From assembly GCA_965242925.1 (NCBI GenBank), contig CBDEUM010000004.1, positions 64,001 to 128,000 on the forward strand: a stretch of 64,000 bases of DNA, in the 5' to 3' direction. Position 1 is the first letter of the stretch. Every line of letters begins with the position of its first letter. Both the position numbers and the translations under genes were made by a program. The DNA is from Roseibacillus sp. (GTDB lineage Bacteria > Verrucomicrobiota > Verrucomicrobiia > Verrucomicrobiales > Akkermansiaceae). This document shows, piece after piece, positions 28,496 to 39,083 of the stretch. A model generated the notes under the pieces. The model saw only the letters and a list, made by a program, of their open reading frames with translations, ran no database searches and was not told where the DNA came from.

Positions 28496-29422
28496 ATGGA
28501 GAACGTTATCATTATCGGGACCGGTTGCGCTGGTTGGACAGCCGCCATCTACACGGCACGGGCAAACTTGGAACCCATCGTCCTTGCCGGGGATCAGATC
28601 GGCGGGCAGTTGACCACGACCAGCGAGGTTGAGAACTACCCGGGGTTCCCGGAGGGGGTGGATGGCTCGACCCTCATGTTCGGCATGCAACAACAGGCCG
28701 AAAAATTCGGAGCCAGCATCGAATACAGGACGGTAGACCGGGTCGACAGGGTGGATGACGGAACCTTCGTGGTGCACTGTGGGGAGGAGCAACTTGAAGC
28801 AAGGACTGTGATTGTGGCTACCGGAGCCCGTCCCCGCCTTCTTGGATTGCCCAACGAAGAGAATGGCAAGAACGGGTTGACCACCTGTGCGACCTGCGAC
28901 GGGGCCTTCTACAGGGACATGCCGGTGGCGGTGATTGGAGGTGGAGACTCTGCCTGCGAGGAGGCAACTTTTCTCACCAGGTTCGCCACCAGGGTCTACC
29001 TCATCCATCGGCGTGATGAACTCCGGGCTTCCAAGATCATGGCCGAGCGGGCGCTCGCCCATGAGAAGATTGAACCAGTCTGGAACAGCGAGCTCACAGC
29101 CTACCATCCCGGAGAGGATGGCAAGATGGAGTCAGTGAGCATCCGCAACCGGGAAACCGGGGAGGAGGGCGCCCTTGAGGTGAAAGGTGTTTTCATTGCC
29201 ATCGGGCACGTTCCGAACAGTGGATTCCTCAATGGCCTCGCGGACCTCGACGAGAGTGGCTACATCCTCCAGCTTCCCGGAAAGACCGCGACAAAGACAC
29301 CCGGGCTCTATGCCGCGGGCGATGTAGCGGATCATTATTACCGCCAGGCCATCACCGCTGCGGGTCAGGGATGCGCCGCCGCACTGGAAGCGGAGCGTTA
29401 TCTTGCGGATCAGGAAGATTAG
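28496..29422 (+). CDS. trxB: Thioredoxin reductase
   Basis: [13 protein letters not shown]...VENYPGF, CATCDG, GGGDSA, HRRD, AAGDV...RQAITAAG. Confidence 0.96.
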   Translation: MENVIIIGTGCAGWTAAIYTARANLEPIVLAGDQIGGQLTTTSEVENYPGFPEGVDGSTLMFGMQQQAEKFGASIEYRTVDRVDRVDDGTFVVHCGEEQLEARTVIVATGARPRLLGLPNEENGKNGLTTCATCDGAFYRDMPVAVIGGGDSACEEATFLTRFATRVYLIHRRDELRASKIMAERALAHEKIEPVWNSELTAYHPGEDGKMESVSIRNRETGEEGALEVKGVFIAIGHVPNSGFLNGLADLDESGYILQLPGKTATKTPGLYAAGDVADHYYRQAITAAGQGCAAALEAERYLADQED

Positions 29423-29608
29423 GAGAATCGAAGAAAACCGTACCACTTGATAAAAATGATGCGGAATTCCTGTCAGCTCTCCGCATGAGAGGACCAGAAG
29501 AGCTGCCTTCCCACCCGTTTGCCAGTATTGGCAGCTGCTCCCCGTATAATGCCGTGAAAGTAGTGACAGCGACGGGGTTCAGCGGCATTATCACTCAGAC
29601 GCATTGAT

Positions 29609-31330
29609 ATGACAGAATTGCTGATTGGCCCGGCCAGGAACACAGGATGCCGTGATATTGACGGTCTCTCGGAGGTAATTGTTGCTGCTGCAGCCGGACA
29701 ACGAAGTCCCCTGGATGACATCCTCGATGCGGAGATGGTCGACGAGGAACCTTATATGCGAAGTCTCTCCGCAGCCCTTGGTCTCCATTGGCTGGATGAG
29801 ATCCCGGCGCCGCTTGAGCCTCTCCCGCTCAGGAAGATCTGCGGACCTCAGGTTGCCTTGCGCCACCGGATCCTACCGGTCGAGTTCGAGGGGAGCGAGG
29901 AGCATGGCACCGAGCGTCTCGTGATCGTAACATATGACCCGTTCAATCTCGCCGCCCGTCAGGCCGCGGTGCAGGCTGTGGACATGCCCATCGTGTGGCG
30001 GATGGCTTCACGGCGCAGGGTTCATGACGGTCTGCGCCGTCTCTACGGGGTTGGAGCCGACACGTTCGAGCAGATTCTGGAGGGCCGGGATCTCGACTAT
30101 GACAATCTTGAGCAGAAGGACGAGGCCAGCGTAATCGACGAGGACGAGGACGAGGAGGCCAGCGTGGTCAAGTTCGTGAACCAGATTATCCGGGAGGCCC
30201 TCGACCAACGCGCCACGGATATCCATGTCGAGCCTCTTGCGGAAAATCTGCGCATCCGCTACCGGGTGGACGGTGTGCTGGTGGATATCGCAGTGCCTGA
30301 GAACATCAAAGCCCTGCAAAGCTCGGTGATTGCACGCCTGAAGATCATGTCGCGTCTCGACATTGCAGAGCGGCGTTTGCCACAGGATGGACGGATCAAT
30401 TTGTCCTTTGAGGGATCCGGGATCGACGTGCGGGTCGCCACGGTGCCTACGGTGGAAGGAGAAAGCGTGAGTCTCCGTCTTCTGAACCAGCAGAGATTCA
30501 ATGTGGAGATGCTTTCTCTTGAAGCGGAGGTAAAGGAGAAGATCGATCGCCTTCTTAAGCTCGCCAATGGCATCATTCTGATTACCGGTCCAACTGGATC
30601 GGGAAAGTCGACCACTCTGTATTCCTTCCTGTCGGAGGTGAATGCACCGGAGACGAGGATTGTGACAATCGAGGACCCGGTGGAGAACAAGCTTGATGGG
30701 GTGATGCAGATAGCGGTGAAATCCGAGATCGGGCTCACTTTCGCGAGTGGTCTGCGCTCCATTCTCCGGGCTGACCCGGACATAGTGATGATTGGGGAGA
30801 TTCGCGATCTGGAAACCGCGGAAATCGCCATTCGGGCCTCGTTGACGGGACACCTTGTGTTCAGCACACTCCATACTAACGATGCCCTGGGTGGTATCGG
30901 CCGTCTCACCGACATGGGGGTGGAGCCATTCCTTCTGTCCGCCGCGGTAAGGGCCTTTCTTGCCCAGCGTCTCGTTCGTCGCCTCTGCCGGAGTTGTCGG
31001 CGACCAGTCTCCCTGACCGATGAGGAAAAACGCGCGCTGGGAATTCCACCTGGTATAGCGGGAACCCCCTATGAGGCGGTTGGATGTGATCATTGCCGTA
31101 ACACCGGTTTCTCGGGCCGCCTGGCCATATACGAGATCGTGCTGCTGACCCTGCCCATGCAGGACCTCATCGCGCACGGAACCCCGGCCAGCGAGGTGAA
31201 GGCCCTGGCGGTCAAGGAAGGGTATGTGCCGATGCGGGAATATGGTTGGTCCAAGGTGATGCAGGGCGAAACCACCATTGAGGAAGTGATTTCGGTAACC
31301 AGCTCTGATCTCGGGGGAGGAGAGGAGTAG
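29609..31330 (+). CDS. gspE: GspE/PilB family secretion ATPase
   Basis: ATDIHVEP, LPQDGR, GPTGSGKST (Walker A), TIEDPVE, LRADPD, GHLVFSTLHTN, CRSC...CDHC. Confidence 0.93.
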   Translation: MTELLIGPARNTGCRDIDGLSEVIVAAAAGQRSPLDDILDAEMVDEEPYMRSLSAALGLHWLDEIPAPLEPLPLRKICGPQVALRHRILPVEFEGSEEHGTERLVIVTYDPFNLAARQAAVQAVDMPIVWRMASRRRVHDGLRRLYGVGADTFEQILEGRDLDYDNLEQKDEASVIDEDEDEEASVVKFVNQIIREALDQRATDIHVEPLAENLRIRYRVDGVLVDIAVPENIKALQSSVIARLKIMSRLDIAERRLPQDGRINLSFEGSGIDVRVATVPTVEGESVSLRLLNQQRFNVEMLSLEAEVKEKIDRLLKLANGIILITGPTGSGKSTTLYSFLSEVNAPETRIVTIEDPVENKLDGVMQIAVKSEIGLTFASGLRSILRADPDIVMIGEIRDLETAEIAIRASLTGHLVFSTLHTNDALGGIGRLTDMGVEPFLLSAAVRAFLAQRLVRRLCRSCRRPVSLTDEEKRALGIPPGIAGTPYEAVGCDHCRNTGFSGRLAIYEIVLLTLPMQDLIAHGTPASEVKALAVKEGYVPMREYGWSKVMQGETTIEEVISVTSSDLGGGEE

Positions 31331-31354
31331 GCGAGCTGAGAATAATAATTCGCC

Positions 31355-32647
31355 ATGCCACTTTTTGCCTACAAAGCCCTGAGGGGCGGAGCGGTCACCA
31401 ACGGTGTGATCGAAGCAAATGATCGCCGGGAAGCATTGCGCATGCTGGATCTACAGGGTTTGCAACCGGTGAAGGTGACCGACACCGGGAAGGGAACCGA
31501 CCGCAAACCGGAGGCCGCCCCGGTCGCGGGGGAGAAAAAGAGAGGGGAACGTTCCCCCAGCGCTGCATCCGTCGCTGAAAAGGAGATTCCGGAGGGGCCC
31601 GTCAAGCTCAAGCGATCTGATGTGGTTCTCTTCACCGAGGAACTCAGTGACATGCTGGCAGCTGGATTGCAGCTGGAGCCCGCCCTGCGAGCGATGGAGG
31701 GGCGCCAGGAACTCGGAAACCTCAAGATCGTTTCGGTCAAGCTGCGCCAGATTGTCCGGGATGGAAACAGCTTCTCAAATGCGCTTAACCGCGTGAGCCC
31801 CAGTTTTGGTCCGCTCTATTGTTCACTGGCGGCGGCAGGAGAGGCCAGTGGCGCTCTGGATACCATCCTGCAGCGCCAGGCCCATTACCTTAAAACCCTT
31901 CAGGAACTGCAGGGGCGTGTGACCCTGGCGTTGATCTATCCGGCCTTCCTCATGTTTTCCGGGATCATGGTTTCGATTATTTTCGTGACGAAGCTGATCC
32001 CGCAATTGACCAGCCTGCTCGAGAGTACGCCAGGTGCGGAAATGCCGGTAGGGGCGAAAATCCTGATTGCTCTCAGTGGATTCTTTTCAAAATGGTGGCC
32101 CGTCCTGCTGCTGCTCGTGGTGGCGACGGGCGTTCTTTTCAAGGCCTGGAAGGACGCTGAGGCCAACAAGCCGGCATGGGACCGGATCAAGCTCCGCCTG
32201 CCCCTCTTCGGACGCGTGGTGGAGCACCGCTTTTTCGTTCAGTTTCTGGAAACGATGGCCAATCTGGTAGGGAACGGATTGCCGCTGTTGCGAGCCCTCC
32301 AGTTGACCAAGGATGCTACTCCGAACATTCACCTGCGGGCACACCTGGAGGAGATGATTGAGATGGTGGGAGATGGACGCTCGCTCTCGAAGTCGATGGT
32401 CCGGGCGAAAATCTTTCCCTCGCTTCTGATCGACATGGTGGCGGTTGGCGAGCAGACGGGAAAGATCGACGAGGCCCTCCAGCGGGCCGCGACTCGTTAC
32501 GACAAGGAGTTGAACAATTCCCTGCAGCGGATCATGGCTCTGATCATGCCGGCGGTCCTGATCATCATGGCACTTCTTATCGGAACGATGGCCTATCTGA
32601 TGATTACCGCGATCTTCCAGACCATCAATAGCCTGAGTGGAAGGTGA
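31355..32647 (+). CDS. gspF: GspF/PilC family platform protein
   Basis: MPLFAYKA, AGEASGAL, ALIYP, VGEQTG; three TM segments. Confidence 0.92.
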   Translation: MPLFAYKALRGGAVTNGVIEANDRREALRMLDLQGLQPVKVTDTGKGTDRKPEAAPVAGEKKRGERSPSAASVAEKEIPEGPVKLKRSDVVLFTEELSDMLAAGLQLEPALRAMEGRQELGNLKIVSVKLRQIVRDGNSFSNALNRVSPSFGPLYCSLAAAGEASGALDTILQRQAHYLKTLQELQGRVTLALIYPAFLMFSGIMVSIIFVTKLIPQLTSLLESTPGAEMPVGAKILIALSGFFSKWWPVLLLLVVATGVLFKAWKDAEANKPAWDRIKLRLPLFGRVVEHRFFVQFLETMANLVGNGLPLLRALQLTKDATPNIHLRAHLEEMIEMVGDGRSLSKSMVRAKIFPSLLIDMVAVGEQTGKIDEALQRAATRYDKELNNSLQRIMALIMPAVLIIMALLIGTMAYLMITAIFQTINSLSGR

Positions 32648-32668
32648 CCGCGTGGTGGCTGGAGGTCG

Positions 32669-34273
32669 CTATGGCCCGTCCTCCAGCACGATCCGCGGAA
32701 AGACCGGCTTGGCTTTCCCCGTCTGGTGTCCGGAAGGGAGCAGACCCCAGTGGAGACTGTCGAGGGTGCAGGGTGCAAGATCCCCGGCGCGGAGCTGGTC
32801 GAGGATTTTTGCGGCGGCGGTGGGAAGGAAAGGCGAGAGCAGGACGGCAAGGTGAGCGCAGGATTCGCAGAGGTGGGACAGGATTGTTGCCACCCGGTCG
32901 CTCTGTGTTTCATCCTTGCGTAGTTCAAACGGTGGGTTTTTCTCGATGAACTGGTTGCAATGCACCACGTGGCGATTGATGGATTTGAGGGCGCCTGGAA
33001 GATCATGCTCATCCATGGCGGCAAGATAAGCGCTGGTTGCCGAGGAGAGGGATTCGCGAACCCCTGCACAGGCCTCATCCTCGTAGTCGTTGCTGATCAA
33101 CGCTCCGCCAAGGAAGCGCTTCGTCATGTTAAGCGATCGATTGAGGAGGTTGCCAAGATCGTTGGCTAGTTCGGAGTTGAAGAGAGTAATAAGGCGTGCC
33201 ACGTCAAAGGCGCTGTCCTTGCCTGTCACGATGTCGCGCACAAGGTAGTAGCGGACCGCGTCCACCCCGAACCGGTCGGCCAGTTCGCCGGGATCAACGA
33301 CATTCCCAAGGGATTTGGACATTTTCTCTTCGGCATCACCTCCCGTGTCAGAATTGCCACTGACTTTCCTGATGTTCCACCAACCGTGAACCAGGAGGGT
33401 GGGCATCTCCTGGTCGCTAAAACCCATCGCGTGGAGCATGCAGGGCCAGTAAATCGAGTGGGCGGGGACGAGGATGTCCTTGCCGATGATCTGGGTGTTG
33501 GCCGGCCAGAGGTTCCCAAATTCGGGCAAGTCACTTTCCTCGTCCTTCCGATAGCCAGCGAAGGAGACGTAGTTGATGAGGGCATCGAACCAGACGTAGG
33601 TGACAAAGTCTGGATCGAAGGGAAATTCGATGCCCCAATGCAGGCGTTCCCTGGGCCGGGAGATGCAGAGATCGGTTTCCCCCGCGCGATCGATGGCGTT
33701 CAGCACCTCGGCTCGCCTGAATTCAGGGAAGATCCCAAAATCTCCAGAGCTTACCACCTCCTTGAGCCAGTCGGCGTGCTCAGAGAGCTTGAAATACCAG
33801 TTTTCCTCCTCCAGTTCGATCACCTCGCCCCATTCGTCGCCAAATTCACCCGCCTCGTTACGATCCTTCTCGGTAAGGTATTGTTCCTGCCGGACCGAAT
33901 AGAATCCTCTGTAAGCTTTTTTGTAGAGTTGTCCCTCCTGATGAAGGGTCGTGAGGATCCTCTGGACACACCTTTTGTGATTTTGATCGGTCGTTTCGGC
34001 CCAGCCGTCGTAGTGCACTCCAAGTTTCTCCCAGAGCGCGAGAAACTTCCTGGTGTTACGTTGCGCGAGGGTGGCCACATTGACTTCTTCCCGATCCGCG
34101 GTCTGCTGCATTTTCTGCCCGTGCTGATCGACCCCGGTGAGAAAGAACACCTCATCACCACACAAGCGGCGGTAACGGGCAATGACATCTGCCAGAACCT
34201 TTTCGTAGGCATGTCCGATATGGGGAAGCCCGTTGGGATAGTCGATGGCGGTGGTGATGAAGAACTTACTCAT
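32669..34273 (-). CDS. metG: Methionine--tRNA ligase (short form)
   Basis: FITTAIDYPNGLPHIGH, TGVDQHGQK, YVWFDALINY, KMSKS; no C-terminal dimerisation domain. Confidence 0.97.
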   Translation of the reverse strand: MSKFFITTAIDYPNGLPHIGHAYEKVLADVIARYRRLCGDEVFFLTGVDQHGQKMQQTADREEVNVATLAQRNTRKFLALWEKLGVHYDGWAETTDQNHKRCVQRILTTLHQEGQLYKKAYRGFYSVRQEQYLTEKDRNEAGEFGDEWGEVIELEEENWYFKLSEHADWLKEVVSSGDFGIFPEFRRAEVLNAIDRAGETDLCISRPRERLHWGIEFPFDPDFVTYVWFDALINYVSFAGYRKDEESDLPEFGNLWPANTQIIGKDILVPAHSIYWPCMLHAMGFSDQEMPTLLVHGWWNIRKVSGNSDTGGDAEEKMSKSLGNVVDPGELADRFGVDAVRYYLVRDIVTGKDSAFDVARLITLFNSELANDLGNLLNRSLNMTKRFLGGALISNDYEDEACAGVRESLSSATSAYLAAMDEHDLPGALKSINRHVVHCNQFIEKNPPFELRKDETQSDRVATILSHLCESCAHLAVLLSPFLPTAAAKILDQLRAGDLAPCTLDSLHWGLLPSGHQTGKAKPVFPRIVLEDGP

Positions 34274-34541
34274 GCTTTTGTTCCGGCAGGGCAGAGATCT
34301 GATAGCGGATCAGGAGGAGATTGACCAGCGTTGCACAGATCGATGTTCACTGGTTCCCGCCGAAGGCCCCGGCCTTCGGGGGAGGGAGTCCGGGCCCGTT
34401 TCCAAGTGCCCTGGCCCGGGCGATGGGAATTCACCGCGAACGGGACTTCGCAGCAGGTGGAAACAGGCGCCTCCCTCGCGACAGATCACAAGGTGCTCCG
34501 GTGACTCGGAGTGTGAATCCACCATGGTGCCGGCCGTCAGG

Positions 34542-36401
34542 TCAGCGGCGGGTCACAAGAACCTCGAATCCGGCCGAGGCGCGCTGCTGGGCGAACCAGT
34601 TCGCCACCGCTATGCGCCGGCTGAAGCTCTTGTGGGATTCGATCCGAATGTCGATCGTGGTGGCGAGATTAGGGTCCTCGTACACTTCACGTTTCTCCAC
34701 GAAGAAGAAGAAGGATCGCGTGCCTCCCAGCGCCTCGTCGTCATCGGTTATCGTTTCCGAGAGGGCACCGGGGTTCACCTGGGAGGCCTTCTCGTATTCG
34801 CGGCGCACCACTCCCATCCGTCCGTCCCCGGTGATCTCCTTGCGCACCACCGGGTTGAGTTTGAGTTCCTTGGCCGTTTCGGTAAAACTCTTACCCGTTG
34901 CCATGGCTTCAGTAATCGCGGCATGGTGGCTGTTGGCTTCCTCCTCCATCGCCTTCATCGCCAACTCCCTGACGAGGTCCTTTTTGACCTCTTCCCTGGC
35001 GTCCTCGAAGCTGAGCTCGGATTCCTCCACGACTTCTTCAATCTGGAAGTAGATCCATTGATCCTTCCCGATTCCGTGAACCTTGGTAGTGCCGGCGCTC
35101 CCGTTGAAGACGGCCTCGGCAGCAGTGCCCGGCGCGTTGCGGAAGGTGCTGCTGAAATCGCCGGGGAACTTGTCCTGCTCCACCAGGCCGGTGGACTTGA
35201 GCTCGAAGCCCAGGTCGGAAGCGGCCTTGGGGAGGGGGTCTCCGGCATCGACCTTCTCAAGAAGTTCGTCGAACTGCATGGCGAGGTCAAAAACAGCTTC
35301 GTTCTTTTCCTGATCAGTTAATTTGTCCTCGGGCTTGTCCTCGGGCTTGTCCTCGGGCTTGTCCTCGGGCTTGTCCTCGGGCTTGTCCTCGGGCTTGTCC
35401 TCGGGCTTGTCCTCGGGCTTGTCCTCGGGCTTGTCCTCGGGCTTGTCCTCGGGCTTGTCCTCGGTCTTGTCCTCGGGCTTGTCCTCGGGCTTGTCCTCGG
35501 GCTTGTCCTCGGGCTTGTCCTCGGGCTTGTCCTCGGGCTTGTCCTCGGGCTTGTCCTCGGGCTCCTGGCAAGCACCCTCGGCTTGTGCCCGCCGCCGGTT
35601 CTCCGGGTGAGGCAGGATCCGGGGTGCTGCCTGCTTCCGGGGTTTCCTTTGCCTTTACCAGTGCGGCGTAATCCGGAGCGGCGATAATATAGCTGACGCG
35701 ACGCTTGGGATCAGATTGGTAGCTGCCCTTGTCGGAGTCCCACTTGCCCTTGATCTCTTCCTCGGTGGGCATGGGCTTGGCAAGGTAATCGGTTACGGGA
35801 TAGGCGAGCACTTGATAGGAAATTCGTTGCTGCCGTGAGAGGTAATCGGAAAGAACGACCTCCCGGGAGGTTTCCACTCCGGCACCCAGGAGCTCCTCCA
35901 GCTTCTGGAAGCAGATCACCTCACCCATTAACTCATTGAGATCCTTGACGGTCATGCCCAGGGATTGCAGTTCACTTCGAGAAATTCGGAATAGGCCCGC
36001 TGGTTGAATGCACCGTCCTCCCAGAAGAGGGTCTCTTTCAGGAAGATTTCGACCTCGGCAGTGGAGGCATGGATACCGAAACCCTCCATGGCCCGCTGCA
36101 GGCTCAGGCGATTGATAAGGTATTCGTCAATATCAGGTCCGTTATCCCGCGAACCACCGACGAAGGTGAGATAGCCCTGCATCCCGTTTGATCTGCCATT
36201 GAGCAGGAGACGCTGAATCAGGCGGGTTGGTTTGACTGCAAAGCGGTCAAACTGCTGTCGGGTGAAGTCCTGGTCATGCGCGGTGACGACCTTGGGTCCG
36301 GTGAGAGACTGATTGGAGCTTCCGAAGAATACGAGCCCCACGAAAATCAGGATCAGGACCACGAACATCAGGCCGGTGTATTTACGGAAGGTCTCTAGCA
36401 T
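34542..36401 (-). pseudogene. PpiD/SurA N-terminal-domain chaperone-like gene interrupted by two compensating frameshifts (may be sequence error)
   Basis: MLETFRK + TM + GLVFFG; F.EDGAFNQRAYSEFL; then ELQSLGMTVKDL in another frame; PKRRVSYI; (PEDK)20; LSFEDAREEVKKDL. Reconstructed product is about 619 aa. Confidence 0.7.
35323..35562 (-). repeat. 12-nt tandem array CCCGAGGACAAG x20 (PEDK)
   Basis: 240 nt of TTGTCCTCGGGC units on the + strand, with one single-base variant at 35465. Confidence 0.97.
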
Positions 36402-36569
36402 GTTGCGTTTGGTTCGATCGGAATCCGGCGGGTCGGCCGGAGGGACGCGTAGTAAAGCAGGGAGGGCTCAGGGATCAAGGGGGATCACTGCTCTAGAAAT
36501 CGGAGGCCGGAGCCGGCAAAAGTGGGGGGAGGCAGGTGCTCTCTTCGGGGCGGAAGCGAAGCCTGGTAC

Positions 36570-36601
36570 AGAAGTAGAGGGGGGCTTGCGCCCCCCTCTA
36601 C
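36570..36601 (-). terminator. GC-rich hairpin, terminator-like
   Basis: Perfect 12-bp stem GTAGAGGGGGGC-GCAA-GCCCCCCTCTAC followed by TTCT on the minus strand. Confidence 0.65.
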
Positions 36602-36720
36602 GGAGTCCATCAACCTCAGCACGCCATTACAGCGATGCGAAGCTGACAACTGCTGTTCACCCTTACATGAAAACTGCAACTGTCGTTGCGGTCTTCACTG
36701 TAATAAGACCATTAAATCGC
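36570..36720 (-). ncRNA. Candidate structured small RNA or leader (unassigned family)
   Basis: Long nested stems whose G-U pairs work on the minus strand, ending in the GCAA hairpin; no convincing ORF. Confidence 0.35.
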
Positions 36721-36761
36721 CAAAACGTTCGAAAAACACAGTATTTTTTTCATGTTTTTCA

Positions 36762-36774
36762 TAAAGCATTGATT
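36762..36774 (-). promoter_or_regulatory. IHF-consensus site
   Basis: AATCAATGCTTTA matches WATCAANNNNTTR and lies in a markedly AT-rich tract. Confidence 0.4.
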
Positions 36775-36891
36775 TACAGTGAGCTATACTTCTTACATGT
36801 TATTAACATTCGCTGCTTTCCAGGAATAGCGCCAAGAGGGCTGAAAAAAATACCGCATTGCGTGCTGCGGAACGAAGGATAGCGTTCCGGT

Positions 36892-39081
36892 ATGAGACTG
36901 GGTTTTACGGGACTGCTGACAGCGGTGTATATAGCGGGTATGGCGACAAGTATTGAGGCCGCCGACTCCGGGGAGAAGAAAGGTGAGCCCAATCGACTGA
37001 TTCGCTCGAAATCACCCTATCTGCTGCAGCATGCCTACAATCCGGTGGACTGGTATCCATGGGGAGAGGAGGCTTTTGAAAAGGCGCGGAAGGAAAAAAA
37101 ATTGATCCTCCTGAGCGTGGGGTATTCAACCTGCCATTGGTGCCATGTGATGGAGCGGGAGTCGTTTGAGGACAAGAAGGTTGCCGCCTTCCTGAACAAG
37201 CATTTCGTCAGCATTAAACTGGACCGGGAAGAGCGCCCGGATGTGGACAAGGTCTACATGACGAGTTTCCAGGCAATGTTTGGCCAGGGTGGAGGTTGGC
37301 CGCTCAATATGTTCCTGACCCCTGACCTGAAGCCGTTCTTCGGGGGAACCTACTTCCCCCCGCAGGATCAGGGACAGCGGCCGGGGTTCATGACGGTGCT
37401 CCAGCGACTCAGTGAATTGTGGTCCAAGGATCAGGCCGGGATCATGGCCAAGACCAATGACATCCATCAGAAACTTTCAGACCACCTGACGGAATTACAG
37501 AAACTTAACCCGGACGCGGTTTTCACTGGGAACCTCCTCAAGGGGTTGCCAGAGAAGTTTCTGACCGGAGCGGATCAGGTTAACGGGGGCTGGGGTCGAC
37601 AGCAGAAGTTTCCCCAGCCTTCCCACCTGCTCTTTCTCTTGCGCAGCGAGGGAGGGGGACGGGATTTCGCGGTGAGGACGTGCCGCAAGATGATGGAGGG
37701 GGGGATCCATGATCAGATCGGTGGTGGCTTCCACCGTTATACCGTGGATCCAGTGTGGCTGGTGCCGCATTTTGAGAAGATGCTCTACGACCAGGCCCAG
37801 TTGCTGGATGTTTATGTCGAGGCCTGGCAGGTCACGAATGATACGCGGTTCCGGGAGACCGCGGTGGCAATCGCGGACTATGTGCTGGAGGAGCTCACTC
37901 ACAAGGAGGGTGGATTCTTCAGTGCGCAGGATGCCCAGAGCGAGGGAAAGGAAGGGAAATACTGGTGCTGGACCGAGGAGGAACTGAAGGCTCTCCTGAG
38001 CGACGCGGAGTTCATGGCTGCCAGGAACTGGTTCGGCTTTACGGCCGCCGGTAATTTTATCGATCACAGTGATCCCCAGCCTCTGAGGAATCAGAATGTT
38101 CTCTTCCGGGCTGATCCCAAGGCGCAGTTGGGGAGCACCCAGAAGAAGGTGCTCGCGGCTGTGATAGGCAAGATGAAGAGGGCGCGGTCCAAACGGGTGC
38201 CGCCGTCCACGGATGATAAGATCCTGGCCTCCTGGAATGGGCTCATGATCGGCTCGATGGCGAGAGCCGGACGGATTCTGGAGGAGCCACGCTACCTTCA
38301 GGCGGCACGGAGGGCCCATGGCTTCGTGGTGGCGAAACTATGGGACCCTGCCAGCAAGACGCTCTCGCACCGCTGGCGTGAGAATCACGTTGACGGGAGC
38401 CAGCAGAGCGAAAGCTATCTCTACTTCCTGCGGGCCTCGAGGTTGTTATACGAAGCCACCCTTGATCCGGACTACCTGAGGCTGGCTGTGGATCTGGCAG
38501 GCAGGGCTCGCGAACTGTTTTATGACGAAGGAAACGGCGGGTTTTTCGATGGTGAGCAGCGGGATGACCTCGTCTTCAGGCTCAAGGATGATTACGACTC
38601 AGCGCTCCCGACTCCAAGTTCCGTGGCACGGTTGGAGTATGCAGTTCTGGCGGAGATTACAGGGAGTGAGGAGTTCCGTGCGGTGGCCGAAAAATCGCTG
38701 CGCTCGGTCGCTCGGATCTTGAAGGAGAGTCCCACCCAGTTGGCGGGAAGCCTGACGGCACTGGAATTCATGGTGGGCAAACCGGCCCGGATCGTGATTG
38801 TGGGAGGCAGTCGTAAGGAGGAGTTTCTCAAGGTATGCTGGAGAGGCGTGCGCCGTAATCTGCTCGTAATCGGCACCGAGGGACCGGTTTCGGAATTTAC
38901 CGGCAAATTGGAGGAAAAGGTGCCCGGTGAAACCACCGTCTATTACTGTGTCGGGCAGACTTGTCGTCTGCCGGAGACCGATCCAGCGGTATTGGCGGGA
39001 TGGTTGGAGGAGGACCGCGCCACGGGCAGCAAGACGCCGGACCGGAAGTCGATCATACCCCCGGCGCCGAGTCCGGAGTAG
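36892..39081 (+). CDS. YyaL/SSP411 family thioredoxin-domain (DUF255) protein
   Basis: [71 protein letters not shown]. Confidence 0.93.
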   Translation: MRLGFTGLLTAVYIAGMATSIEAADSGEKKGEPNRLIRSKSPYLLQHAYNPVDWYPWGEEAFEKARKEKKLILLSVGYSTCHWCHVMERESFEDKKVAAFLNKHFVSIKLDREERPDVDKVYMTSFQAMFGQGGGWPLNMFLTPDLKPFFGGTYFPPQDQGQRPGFMTVLQRLSELWSKDQAGIMAKTNDIHQKLSDHLTELQKLNPDAVFTGNLLKGLPEKFLTGADQVNGGWGRQQKFPQPSHLLFLLRSEGGGRDFAVRTCRKMMEGGIHDQIGGGFHRYTVDPVWLVPHFEKMLYDQAQLLDVYVEAWQVTNDTRFRETAVAIADYVLEELTHKEGGFFSAQDAQSEGKEGKYWCWTEEELKALLSDAEFMAARNWFGFTAAGNFIDHSDPQPLRNQNVLFRADPKAQLGSTQKKVLAAVIGKMKRARSKRVPPSTDDKILASWNGLMIGSMARAGRILEEPRYLQAARRAHGFVVAKLWDPASKTLSHRWRENHVDGSQQSESYLYFLRASRLLYEATLDPDYLRLAVDLAGRARELFYDEGNGGFFDGEQRDDLVFRLKDDYDSALPTPSSVARLEYAVLAEITGSEEFRAVAEKSLRSVARILKESPTQLAGSLTALEFMVGKPARIVIVGGSRKEEFLKVCWRGVRRNLLVIGTEGPVSEFTGKLEEKVPGETTVYYCVGQTCRLPETDPAVLAGWLEEDRATGSKTPDRKSIIPPAPSPE

Positions 39082-39083
39082 CA

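Noticed and set aside
35323..35562. Tandem array as CRISPR, or as real (SPRT)n, (ARGQ)n or (SSGL)n ORFs
   Set aside because: No spacers. These ORFs are alternative frames of the repeat; only the PEDK frame is continuous with the downstream domain.
36402..36891. oriC or dif site
   Set aside because: No TTATCCACA-type DnaA boxes and no convincing XerC/XerD arms were seen.
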